DNA of 64,000 bases from Candidatus Heimdallarchaeota archaeon (GTDB taxonomy: Archaea; Asgardarchaeota; Heimdallarchaeia; Heimdallarchaeales; Heimdallarchaeaceae), in the NCBI GenBank assembly GCA_019057815.1, contig JAHLWR010000001.1:1-64000 (forward strand), in the 5' to 3' direction. Positions 1-9,375 of this stretch are shown here, one piece after another (the first letter of the stretch is position 1; each line of letters opens with the position of its first letter). Made by a program: the position numbers and the translations under genes. The notes under the pieces were generated by a model. It made no database searches. It was not told the origin of the DNA and saw nothing but the letters and a program-made list of their open reading frames with translations.

Positions 1-106
1 AGCGAAACCTAAAACAACAGCAACTAAAGCGAAACCTAAAACAACAGCAACTAAAGCGAAACCTAAAACAACAGCAACTAAAACGAAATCTAAAACAAAG
101 AAATAG
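1..106 (+). CDS. 3' end of a CDS with a Lys/Thr/Ala-rich repetitive tail (partial, starts before the window)
   Basis: Frame 2 reads AKPKTTATK x3 then TKSKTKK, with stop TAG at 104-106. Confidence 0.75.
   Translation, partial: AKPKTTATKAKPKTTATKAKPKTTATKTKSKTKK
2..82 (+). repeat. 27-bp coding tandem repeat (gcgaaacctaaaacaacagcaactaaa), 3 copies visible
   Basis: Read directly from the sequence. Confidence 0.95.
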
Positions 107-260
107 TAATCAAGATATTTCTCAAGACTCTCAAATTTTAACAGAAAACCAAAATGATTTCTAAGTTTGTGTTGTTAAATACCAAGCAATATTTGATATT
201 AATTATTTTTTCAAATAAGAAGGGAAAAAGTTTTTACAGATTTGTGAGAAAAGGAAGTTA

Positions 261-1184
261 ATGATTACATTTCTATCAGGTGGCACAGGGACTCCTAAGT
301 TGATTCAAGGGTTTAGAAGGATTATCAACGATAATCAAATTAATATAATTGCCAACTCAGCTGATGATATTTGGATAAATGGACTTTACGTATCACCTGA
401 TGTAGATACTAATTTGTATTTATTCAGTGGACTACTAGATGTTTCAAAATACTGGGGGATTAAAGGTGATACGTATATTACAAGTGATTTTCTTAACCAG
501 ATTGACAGTAAAAATTGGTTTAGTTTAGGCGACAAAGATCTTGCAATTCATCTCTATAGAACGCAGAAAATTAGAGAAGGGATGAAGCTTTCAGAAATCA
601 CAAGAGGTTTATGTGAAAAATTAGATATAGATGCAAATATTTTACCTTGTTCTGATAATCATATAGAAACACGAATTATCACCAAAGAGGGGAATGATAT
701 TCATTTTCAAGAGTTTTGGGTGAAGTTAAAGGGAAAAGTGAATATCGAAGATATATATATCAAGCAAATTGAAATTGCAGAAGTTCCTGATAATCTTTTG
801 GAAAACCTTGAACAATCAGATTTAGTAATAATAGGCCCAAGTAACCCAATAACAAGTATTGGTCCTATCATAAAAATTAAAGAGATTAACAATTGGATGA
901 AAAAGAACAGAGAAAAATGCATAGCTATTAGCCCTATTATAGGAAAAACAGCAATTAGTGGTCCTGCTACCCAATTAATGAAAGCTAAAGGTTACGAGGT
1001 TACAGCTCTTGGTGTTTCAGAAATTTACAAAGATTTAATTAGCACTTTCATCATTGATCGATCAGATTCTGCAGAGATTGAAAAAATAACACAAACTACG
1101 GGAATTGAAACTCTAGCTGAGAATATAGTTTTTAAATCTGAAGCTGACGCAACAGAACTAAGTAAAATCATCCTAAAACGTTAA
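261..1184 (+). CDS. cofD: 2-phospho-L-lactate transferase (F420 biosynthesis)
   Basis: N-terminal LSGGTGTPKL, SPDVDT, LGDKD, HFQEFWV and IGPSNPITSIGPI motifs. Confidence 0.93.
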   Translation: MITFLSGGTGTPKLIQGFRRIINDNQINIIANSADDIWINGLYVSPDVDTNLYLFSGLLDVSKYWGIKGDTYITSDFLNQIDSKNWFSLGDKDLAIHLYRTQKIREGMKLSEITRGLCEKLDIDANILPCSDNHIETRIITKEGNDIHFQEFWVKLKGKVNIEDIYIKQIEIAEVPDNLLENLEQSDLVIIGPSNPITSIGPIIKIKEINNWMKKNREKCIAISPIIGKTAISGPATQLMKAKGYEVTALGVSEIYKDLISTFIIDRSDSAEIEKITQTTGIETLAENIVFKSEADATELSKIILKR

Positions 1185-1197
1185 AAGGAGAGAAGAG

Positions 1198-2013
1198 ATG
1201 AATAAAAAATTCGAGGTTCTCCCACCCATTTGTCAAGCTGCAATGGCTGGTTTTTCAGACAGAGCATTTTGTCAACAAATGCTTGACTATGGAGTAGGGA
1301 TGGTTACATTGGGTGGCTATTCATTAGATGAAACCTCCTTAACGGCAACCTACAATGTAGTTAAAAGGGGAAAAAAAGAGACGATAGTACCTCTAGAAAA
1401 AGAACAGTTCAATCAATGGTGCAAAAAAAATCTCATTTTAAATAAAAAGTCAGAAAAACAGTTGATAGCTGTAAATGGAAGAATAGCTAATACGAACAAT
1501 CAAACAGCAAACATTTTGAATATTTTATCTAGACATGTTGACTGTTTTGAACTAAATGCGCATTGTAGACAACCAGAATTCCTAAGAATAAATAGTGGCT
1601 ACAAGCTTTTACTAGATTTAGAAAAACTTGAGGAGATATTAGATTTTGTAAAGAATTTTTTCTCATCCAAACTCATTGGTATAAAAATAAGAGGATATAC
1701 TGTAAAAAACATATCACAGTTGTTTTCAGTTTTGGAATCATTAGATATAACTTATATACATTTAGATGCAATGAGAAAAGGAATAGAACAAGCTAATCTT
1801 AAATTAGTCCAAAAAATATGTAAACACACTTCAATTCCAGTAATAGGAAACAATTCTATCAGGACAATTAATGATATTAATAATATGCTAAAATCAGGAG
1901 CTATTGCAGTATCACTAGCACGTCCTCTACTCTCTAAACCTTATATTATACAAGAATTAATCAACAGCTTTGAAGGGAAAGTGAATGACAGTAGCAATAC
2001 TGATACCCTATAG
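1198..2013 (+). CDS. Dus-like FMN TIM-barrel protein (MJ0144/archaeal nifR3-related family)
   Basis: AAMAG, TLGGY, ELNAHCRQPE, IGNNSI and SLAR motifs. Confidence 0.8.
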   Translation: MNKKFEVLPPICQAAMAGFSDRAFCQQMLDYGVGMVTLGGYSLDETSLTATYNVVKRGKKETIVPLEKEQFNQWCKKNLILNKKSEKQLIAVNGRIANTNNQTANILNILSRHVDCFELNAHCRQPEFLRINSGYKLLLDLEKLEEILDFVKNFFSSKLIGIKIRGYTVKNISQLFSVLESLDITYIHLDAMRKGIEQANLKLVQKICKHTSIPVIGNNSIRTINDINNMLKSGAIAVSLARPLLSKPYIIQELINSFEGKVNDSSNTDTL

Positions 2014-2617
2014 AGGAACAAACAAAGGAAAAGGTAGGCTTCGTAAAGATATTGATGATTCTATTGTTGATAATATACTTTTTAAGATGACACAACATAT
2101 AATTGAAGAATCTTCAAAGGTTGATTATCAAAATAATATTTACTTGTTAACAAGAAGCCAAAACACAGAATTCAAAGGATCTTATAACTCACTTATTGAT
2201 GAAGGAGATGATTTAAACGACGCAGTGGGTCTAGCATCTAAAAAACTTGAGGAAGATATTGTTCTTGTGGTCATGGCCGACTTACCTTTGATTTCAAAAG
2301 ATGAAATAGAAAAGACAATTTATTTACTTCAGGAAACAAATCAAGTTATTATAGCCCCCTCTCAGGATAATGGAACTAGTCTTTTAGGATTTGTAAAAGG
2401 AAGTTTAACAGAATTTGTTTTCGGTAAAAATTCATCCTATAGATTCCAAGAAATATTCGAAACAAATAAAATTCCATATTACAAATTTAATTACAAAAAA
2501 TCATTTAAAGACATCGATACTTTTAAAGATTTAACGGAAATTGCACAAGACGATTTATGTCCTAAATGGCTAAAAGAAATCGTTATGGAGTATAGAAAAA
2601 ATGAAAGAGAAAATTGA
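1985..2617 (+). CDS. cofC: 2-phospho-L-lactate/PEP guanylyltransferase
   Basis: ILIP..K.RL, LN.A, MADLPLI, APSQDNGT, FG..S and DIDT..DL motifs; clustered with cofD. Confidence 0.88.
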   Translation: MTVAILIPYRGTNKGKGRLRKDIDDSIVDNILFKMTQHIIEESSKVDYQNNIYLLTRSQNTEFKGSYNSLIDEGDDLNDAVGLASKKLEEDIVLVVMADLPLISKDEIEKTIYLLQETNQVIIAPSQDNGTSLLGFVKGSLTEFVFGKNSSYRFQEIFETNKIPYYKFNYKKSFKDIDTFKDLTEIAQDDLCPKWLKEIVMEYRKNEREN

Positions 2618-3752
2618 ACGTATTCAAAACATGCTAAAAAAACACAATATTGATGCATGGGTAGTTTTTAGTCACCATTCTTATGATATTCACAGTAAAT
2701 ATCTATTACAGAAATGGGTCTCTAGTCCCGCTCTAGTAGTTATATCGCAAGATTCTTCCCGAGTAGTTATTTCAGCAATGGAAGCAATGATGATTAATCA
2801 TCAAGCATATGAAGTTCATGCTTATAAAAAAGGTTCAGAAATGAAGGAAAATATTGGGAAAATCATGAAAAGTTTCCCAGATGGAGCTAAAATAGCTCTA
2901 AATTTTGTTGAAGCTGATGATGCTTTAGACATGATGAATAGAGATATAATAGCAAGTGGAACAAAAATAGCCTTAATGAAATTTAATGAAAAACTGCAAT
3001 ATGTTTCAGCTAAGAATCTTATTTTTGATATTCGAAGTGTAAAAACAAAGAAAGAAATTTCGAATCATAAAGAAGCAGCAAAGTTAGCTGAAGAATTAAT
3101 GGAAACTGTTGTTGAATCTATGATAAAACCAGGGATGACAGAAAAAGAAATTGCAGCTTTAGTAGAATATGAATGTAATAAAAGAGGGGGAGTAGCTTTT
3201 GATGCAATAGTAGCTGCAGGATCTCATGCTGCTATTCCACACCACGAACCAGGAGAGAAGAAAATAAAGAACAACCAAGTTTTGTTAATTGATTACGGAG
3301 TCACCTACAAGTGGTCAAATAGTGATATTACACATACTTATTGGATAGGTTCAAATCCCCCTGAAGAAGTCCTAAATGCATATGAAGCTGTAGATCAAGC
3401 TAAAGAAGCAGCTTATAAACTGATAAAGGCTGGTGTCCTCTCTTCTGATGTTGAAGCAGCAGTTCGTGCTAAATTTGAAGAATTTGGATACGATCCTGAG
3501 AAATATTTTATCCATTCAACCGGGCATCCACTTGGCATTGAAACTCATGATATAGGGATTGGTATCCGTAGAGCTTATCCCGACTCACCTTCGAAACCTT
3601 TGCTTGAAAATTCAATTGTTACAGTTGAACCAGGTTTATATTTTGAAAACAAATTTGGTATAAGACTAGAAGATGATTGTGTAGTTACCAAGGAGGGTTC
3701 AATCAGATTATCAAATACACCTAAAAAAATGAAATGCTTAGATTTTAAATAG
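2601..3752 (+). CDS. Xaa-Pro peptidase, M24 family
   Basis: PHH, IDYG, SDITHT, HSTGHPLG..HD, TVEPGLY and GIRLEDD metal-ligand motifs. Confidence 0.92.
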   Translation: MKEKIERIQNMLKKHNIDAWVVFSHHSYDIHSKYLLQKWVSSPALVVISQDSSRVVISAMEAMMINHQAYEVHAYKKGSEMKENIGKIMKSFPDGAKIALNFVEADDALDMMNRDIIASGTKIALMKFNEKLQYVSAKNLIFDIRSVKTKKEISNHKEAAKLAEELMETVVESMIKPGMTEKEIAALVEYECNKRGGVAFDAIVAAGSHAAIPHHEPGEKKIKNNQVLLIDYGVTYKWSNSDITHTYWIGSNPPEEVLNAYEAVDQAKEAAYKLIKAGVLSSDVEAAVRAKFEEFGYDPEKYFIHSTGHPLGIETHDIGIGIRRAYPDSPSKPLLENSIVTVEPGLYFENKFGIRLEDDCVVTKEGSIRLSNTPKKMKCLDFK

Positions 3753-3878
3753 ATCAAGTCATTTCTAAACTCTTTTACACTTTTATCAATCAAAATTAAT
3801 TTTTATCAAAAATGTAATACTTCGGTGTAGTACGGATATTATGTCGTTTTTTACTAAGAAGTAAAAATGTTATATTAG

Positions 3879-4505
3879 GTGTTAGTTATGTCTTGGAAGC
3901 TGTGGCTTAAATCAAATAAAACAAAGAAAATTAATTTAGGTTTTTACGGCGAAGTGAATGCTGGGAAAACAACTCTTGCAAACAAGATAGGAATGGATTG
4001 GGCTAGTCAAGAAGTAGGAGAAGTTAGTGAAATCCCTCATGAAACTCGTGAAATTCAAAAGTTGGAAAAAGTAAAATTTGTTGCAGAGGGAACAAATTTA
4101 GATCTTACTCTTATAGATATGCCTGGTGTTGCAACGTCTGTTAATCCAAAAGATTTTATCAAATTCGGATTATCTCCTGCTGAGGCGCTTCAAAGAGCAA
4201 AAGAAGCTACAAGAGGGATTGTTGAAGCTATAAAATATTTGGAAAATGTTGATGTAGCTTTAGTTGTTGTTGACGCAACTAAACATCCTTTCGATCAGGT
4301 AAACTTCACTATTATTGGTAATCTTGAAGCTCAAAATAAACCATTCATAATTGTGCCAAACAAAGTCGACTTACCTGATTCTAACGCAGAATTAGTTAAA
4401 GATGCATTTAGTAATTATCATGTTGCTCCAATTAGTGCTTTACAGGGAGAAGGTATATACGATCTTTACAATATGATAGCTAGCTTGGCTAGGAAGGTGA
4501 GGTGA
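3879..4505 (+). CDS. Archaeal Era-like GTP-binding protein (OapA-like)
   Basis: GEVNAGKTTLAN, IPHETRE, DMPG, NKVD and ISAL motifs; overlaps the next gene. Confidence 0.88.
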   Translation: MLVMSWKLWLKSNKTKKINLGFYGEVNAGKTTLANKIGMDWASQEVGEVSEIPHETREIQKLEKVKFVAEGTNLDLTLIDMPGVATSVNPKDFIKFGLSPAEALQRAKEATRGIVEAIKYLENVDVALVVVDATKHPFDQVNFTIIGNLEAQNKPFIIVPNKVDLPDSNAELVKDAFSNYHVAPISALQGEGIYDLYNMIASLARKVR

Positions 4506-4861
4506 TAATTATGTCTTTTAGCGTTGATTTTGTTCCATCTACAGAAACCCAAGATCTCTCATATCACGATAAGATAAATTATATACTTACCAGAGTGATA
4601 CAACGAAGCATCGTTGTATTAGAAACAAGCCTAACACCAGAAGAGGAAATGGGCCTTATTGAAAAAACTATGAAACATATAAATTTCAAAGATTTCAACG
4701 GAATACGTTTGGTTTCGTTCGATAGCGGTGAAACACTTAGGAGAACTAAACTCTTTGGGCGATCTTCAAACACTAGAACTTTCACCATCGTAGCTCCAAA
4801 TGACGCAGTATCCATACTTAAAGACGATAGAGGTATTCTATCTATAAAATTTAACAGGTAG
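4502..4861 (+). CDS. DUF2073 / OapB-like protein
   Basis: IVVLE..LTPEEE..LIE.TM..I...F.GI pattern; usual position after the Era-like GTPase. Confidence 0.8.
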   Translation: MIIMSFSVDFVPSTETQDLSYHDKINYILTRVIQRSIVVLETSLTPEEEMGLIEKTMKHINFKDFNGIRLVSFDSGETLRRTKLFGRSSNTRTFTIVAPNDAVSILKDDRGILSIKFNR

Positions 4862-5378
4862 AATCCTCTTCTTTCCTCTCTTTTCTCCCTTTTATAATAT
4901 TTAAAACATCATTACAAGAGTTTTCTTCAGTTTCGTCAGTATTAACGACAGAAACATTTTCTTCTCCATAGGATTTCAACATTTCAGTTAAAATCACCTC
5001 CATAATTTCCGCTTCAACATTTTCTTCGATTTTAGAAGGTTTGTACTCACGTTCTTCTAATCTTATTCTTAGAGTCTTTATTGAGCATCGCAACACAATA
5101 CAGTGATAAATATACTCTGAAGGTATAATCATAACATGACCATCAAGAATAATTGGAACAGGAGAACTGTTATTCTCAATAAGCTCAACCAGAACAGGAG
5201 TCAATAAATTATCATCTACCACGTAACACTCCATTTCATCATCATACAGAGTATAAAGGTGTTTTTCTTTAACTATTTTACCTACTTCATGAACTTCGTA
5301 TCCATGAGTTGAAAGCATCTTTGAAATGGTTGTTTTTCCGGTTCCAGGAGTACCTGTTATTATTATAGCTTTATTCAT
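4851..5378 (-). CDS. Adenylate kinase, AK6/Fap7 type
   Basis: ITGTPGTGKTT, DGH, VLRC and K..ENVEAEI motifs. Confidence 0.9.
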   Translation of the reverse strand: MNKAIIITGTPGTGKTTISKMLSTHGYEVHEVGKIVKEKHLYTLYDDEMECYVVDDNLLTPVLVELIENNSSPVPIILDGHVMIIPSEYIYHCIVLRCSIKTLRIRLEEREYKPSKIEENVEAEIMEVILTEMLKSYGEENVSVVNTDETEENSCNDVLNIIKGRKERKEEDSTC

Positions 5379-5430
5379 TGTGGGGAGTTGAGGAAGAAGA
5401 ATTTAAAACTTCTTAAATTTGAGAAAATCT

Positions 5431-6162
5431 TTACTTTAACATCTCATCAGAAAGTTTACTCTTTCCTTTAAGTGCTTTAATAATCCTCATTTTTTTTGCT
5501 TCTCCTGATCTAATCTTCCTGAAATTATCTCTTTGCCTACTTAGCATAATAAGAGCAATTCCAAACATTAGACATGCCACTGCTAGATTACACTTAGCCC
5601 AAGGCATCATCATACATGGGGGTAGAAATAGAACTATAACTCCCGTAAGAGCTGTTACTAAAACATATGTAATAGAAGAATAACCTACAATGGTGATGAC
5701 AATTGGCCATAGAACGACCCAAAATAGAATTAATATTGGATTAGCAACAAGTAATGATCCAAGAACTACAGTTATTCCTCGTCCACCGTGAGATAGAAGA
5801 TAAATTGGCCAATTATGACCAAAAGCTGCTCCCAATCCAGCTATTGTTAGAGCGAAACATGATGGAATCACATCAGTATATGGCCAAAATTGGATTGGAT
5901 CTCCTTGTTCAAAGAAATATTTGAATATGAAATATGAAGAAGTTATTGCAGTTACTGACCTTGTTAAATCTAAAATTCCAGCTAAAATACCTAAATTTCT
6001 AGACTTTGTTGCTCTGTAAACATTCCTTCCACCTACATTACCAGAACCTATTTTTCGTAAATCTTCACCTGTTTTTAATTTGGTCACAATCCAACTAAAA
6101 GGTATTGAACCAATCAAATATGAACCGATAAATACTAGAATATAAGCCACAGCGAAATGCAT
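5431..6162 (-). CDS. plsY: Glycerol-3-phosphate acyltransferase PlsY-like membrane protein
   Basis: YLIGSIPFS, DLRKIGSGNVGGRNVYR and GHNWPIYL..GGRG motifs; multiple TM segments. Confidence 0.85.
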   Translation of the reverse strand: MHFAVAYILVFIGSYLIGSIPFSWIVTKLKTGEDLRKIGSGNVGGRNVYRATKSRNLGILAGILDLTRSVTAITSSYFIFKYFFEQGDPIQFWPYTDVIPSCFALTIAGLGAAFGHNWPIYLLSHGGRGITVVLGSLLVANPILILFWVVLWPIVITIVGYSSITYVLVTALTGVIVLFLPPCMMMPWAKCNLAVACLMFGIALIMLSRQRDNFRKIRSGEAKKMRIIKALKGKSKLSDEMLK

Positions 6163-6249
6163 AAACTATGTTCAAAACATCTTTAATATAAAATTTATGT
6201 GAGAGCAAAGTTAATCAAACTTTTATATTACAAAAAATTTCGTACTGCG

Positions 6250-7623
6250 ATGACAGATAACATTTCTCCTCATATTTTTCGAGCTTATGATATAAGAGGG
6301 TTGTACAATAAAGATTTAACTCCTGAAATTATGTACCAAATAGGTCTAGCGGCAGGAACATATGTTACAAACGAATTAAAAGGAAAAAAAATAGTTGTAG
6401 GAAGCGATTTAAGACAAACTAGTATGCCTTTAGCTTATGCATTCATATCGGGGGCTACTACAGTAGGCGTTGATGTAACTTATGTTGGTACAACCGCTTT
6501 TGGTCAAACTCTGTTCAAAGGATGGAGATTAAAAAAGGATGCTATAGCATTCATTACTGGGAGCCATCTACCTCCAGAATGGAATGGAATTAAGTTCTAT
6601 TTTTCTGACGGTGTTGGGTTTCCAGAAGAGGAATTAATGAAAATAAGAGATATTTGCTTAACAAAAGAATATTCAAAGGTAGAATGGGAAAAAATTGGAA
6701 AAATAGAGACCGCAGACGCAAAACAAGATTATTTAGAATTTTTCAAAAACAGAATGAATTTTGAGAAAGAGATAAAAGTAGCTTTAGACTGTGGAGGAGC
6801 GAGCACTACGCTTTCTGCCCCTCAGGTTTTTAGAGAAATTGGTTTAGAAGTAACACCAGTTTATTGTGAACCTGATCCAACATTTTCTGCGAGACCATCA
6901 GACCCCAAACCTAAAAATCTTACAAAACTAGTAGCAGAAGTCAAAATGAACAATTGTGATTTTGGTGTTGCTTTTGATGGAGATGGAGATCGAGCAGTAA
7001 TAGTTGACGATAAAGGAAGAGTGCTATCAGCAGATCAAACAGGGATAATTATAGGTAAATATGGTCTAGAAGAGAAAAAAGGCACAATAATTGTTAATGT
7101 GGAGTGTTCAAAATCTGTAGGAGAGCAACTCGAACCACTTGGGTTCAAAATAAAACAAATCCCAGTAGGTCACACATTTTTAACTCTTGAAGCAAAGAAT
7201 GAGAATTCTCCTTTAGGGATAGAATCTAGCGGACATCTGATTTTACCTGAATTTTTCCTATTTGATGACGCATTAGTTATACCTATGAAAATAGCGGAAA
7301 TAATTGAAAAAACAAAGAAAAAATTAAGCGAACTTGTTCAAGAGATACCCGTATACCCCATTAAAAAAGAAGAAGTAGACTGTGACGATGAACTAAAATT
7401 CAAGGTTATTGATATCCTAAAAAGTGAGCTTCTGAAAGAATACACAAATGTTAATATTATGGATGGTATTAGAGTAGAACTTGATGAAGGTTGGGTATTA
7501 ATCCGAGCTTCAAATACTTCCCCCTTAATCAGACTTACAGCAGAAGCGGATAATGACCAAATACTAAATGACATTGTAGACATGTTCAAAAACAAACTTG
7601 ATAAAGTCATAAAGCAATTATAA
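6250..7623 (+). CDS. Phosphomannomutase/phosphoglucomutase
   Basis: IFRAYDIRG, ITGSH.P, FDGDGDR, ESSGH and RASNT motifs; start placed at ATG 6250. Confidence 0.92.
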   Translation: MTDNISPHIFRAYDIRGLYNKDLTPEIMYQIGLAAGTYVTNELKGKKIVVGSDLRQTSMPLAYAFISGATTVGVDVTYVGTTAFGQTLFKGWRLKKDAIAFITGSHLPPEWNGIKFYFSDGVGFPEEELMKIRDICLTKEYSKVEWEKIGKIETADAKQDYLEFFKNRMNFEKEIKVALDCGGASTTLSAPQVFREIGLEVTPVYCEPDPTFSARPSDPKPKNLTKLVAEVKMNNCDFGVAFDGDGDRAVIVDDKGRVLSADQTGIIIGKYGLEEKKGTIIVNVECSKSVGEQLEPLGFKIKQIPVGHTFLTLEAKNENSPLGIESSGHLILPEFFLFDDALVIPMKIAEIIEKTKKKLSELVQEIPVYPIKKEEVDCDDELKFKVIDILKSELLKEYTNVNIMDGIRVELDEGWVLIRASNTSPLIRLTAEADNDQILNDIVDMFKNKLDKVIKQL

Positions 7624-7649
7624 AGAGATAATTAGTACAGGTTATTCAA

Positions 7650-8066
7650 ATGCCTTCTCCCCTCTCTTCTTTCAATTGTAAGTACTCAAAAGAGTGTTCT
7701 GAGTGTTGTCTAGAAACAGAGATGGCCTTATCAGAAGAGGATTTAGAGAGAATACAAAATCTTGGGTATAAGAAAAACGATTTTACTAGAAACATTGATG
7801 GTTTTTTAATACTGAAAAACATCGACAAAAACTGTTATTTCTTGAAAGAGGGGAAATGTTCGATATACGAAAACAGACCGCAAGGATGTAGATTGTATCC
7901 TATAATTGTAGATTTTGAGAATAGTTCCATTGTTATAGACAAATCATGTCCTAACCATGAGCAGTTTGAAGTGAGTGAATATTCACATTTATTCTATGAT
8001 TTAGTTAACTTTGTAGACTTGCTTCTAAGTGAGAAAGATGAGAGAGAAAAAAAAGAGAAAAAATAA
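7650..8066 (+). CDS. YkgJ family cysteine-cluster protein
   Basis: C..CC, CYFL....CSIYENRP..CRLYP and terminal CP motifs. Confidence 0.88.
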   Translation: MPSPLSSFNCKYSKECSECCLETEMALSEEDLERIQNLGYKKNDFTRNIDGFLILKNIDKNCYFLKEGKCSIYENRPQGCRLYPIIVDFENSSIVIDKSCPNHEQFEVSEYSHLFYDLVNFVDLLLSEKDEREKKEKK

Positions 8067-8215
8067 CGATGTTAGTCTTTTTCAAAAAGATTTTCGAATT
8101 CACTACTCCAAAAACATTAAAACTATAAAACAAGCAGTTATTAATTGTGCAGTGAACCCATCTACAGTAAGTATTAAACTAAACTTATAGAAAATATGTA
8201 TTTAAAATGTTCTAA

Positions 8216-9346
8216 ATGGAAGTACTAATAATGATAGGTTTAAGTTTGAAAAAATGGATATATCTTCTCTTTCAAAACAAGTTTAGAATTTATATTTTGT
8301 ATATGCCTAAGGCCATAATAGTAACTGCATTAATATTACTTCTATCTCCTCTGGTTATTTATGAGAAACTTCGTTTTTCCAAGAAAATCAAAAATACAAA
8401 GATTACTAAATCACCTATCTTTATTATTGGCCATTGGAGAACAGGAACAACTTTCCTTCATAGTTTAATGACTCAAGATGATCGTTTAGACTACTTAACT
8501 TTAGCAGAAATAGCATTTCCAAATATCATTCTTGGAAGCAGTAAACTCATCCATTCGATTTTAAAGCCTTTTATACCAAAGAGAAGAAAAACAGATAATG
8601 TTCCAATGTCTACTAGAATGCCCCATGAGCACGAATATGGTCTTATGCATCTAACCTTACTTTCTCCTTATACTGGACCATTTTTTCCTAGAAATATTAA
8701 TCACTATCTTAAGTATACTTCGTTTAAGGACGCTACAGAACAAGAAAGAGAAGAATGGAAAAACGCACTGGTTTACTTGCTGAGAAAGAAAACTTATCAG
8801 AATGGAGGAAAACAGCTAGTTTTAAAATCTCCTTTCGATACTGCACGAATTGAAATAATTTTGGAAACATTCCCAAACGCAAAGTTCATACATATTTATA
8901 GAAATCCTTATGAGGTTTTTTTCTCTACTCTTAGGATGCACAATACAAATAAGAAATTCTATTTGCTTCAAAAACCCAGATTTGATATTAAAGAGTTTAT
9001 ACTAAAATTTTTTCTTATGCTTTATGACAATTTCCTTAATGATCTGCATCTAATTCCCGAAGGAAACATAGTAGAAGTAAAATACGAAAATCTTGCAAAA
9101 GATCCAATCAAAGAACTTAGCAAGATTTACAACACGTTATCTCTTAACAATTTTCCATATCTAAACAATAAGATTCACTCTTATTTGGATTCTATTAGTA
9201 AACATAAAGTACACAAATATAATATTCCGTTAGCAGATAGAGAAATGATTTACCTATGCTGGCATGAAATGATTGATAGATGGAATTATGAGAAGATTCA
9301 GAAGGCTAAACAAGTACAAGCAACCCTTACAACAAAAACTGATTAG
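8216..9346 (+). CDS. PAPS-dependent sulfotransferase
   Basis: PIFIIGHWRTGTT (5'-PSB), LVLKSP, FIHIYRNP (3'-PB) and YE.L..DP motifs. Confidence 0.88.
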   Translation: MEVLIMIGLSLKKWIYLLFQNKFRIYILYMPKAIIVTALILLLSPLVIYEKLRFSKKIKNTKITKSPIFIIGHWRTGTTFLHSLMTQDDRLDYLTLAEIAFPNIILGSSKLIHSILKPFIPKRRKTDNVPMSTRMPHEHEYGLMHLTLLSPYTGPFFPRNINHYLKYTSFKDATEQEREEWKNALVYLLRKKTYQNGGKQLVLKSPFDTARIEIILETFPNAKFIHIYRNPYEVFFSTLRMHNTNKKFYLLQKPRFDIKEFILKFFLMLYDNFLNDLHLIPEGNIVEVKYENLAKDPIKELSKIYNTLSLNNFPYLNNKIHSYLDSISKHKVHKYNIPLADREMIYLCWHEMIDRWNYEKIQKAKQVQATLTTKTD

Positions 9347-9375
9347 CTATAACAGCACAAAATTTACATTCTATA

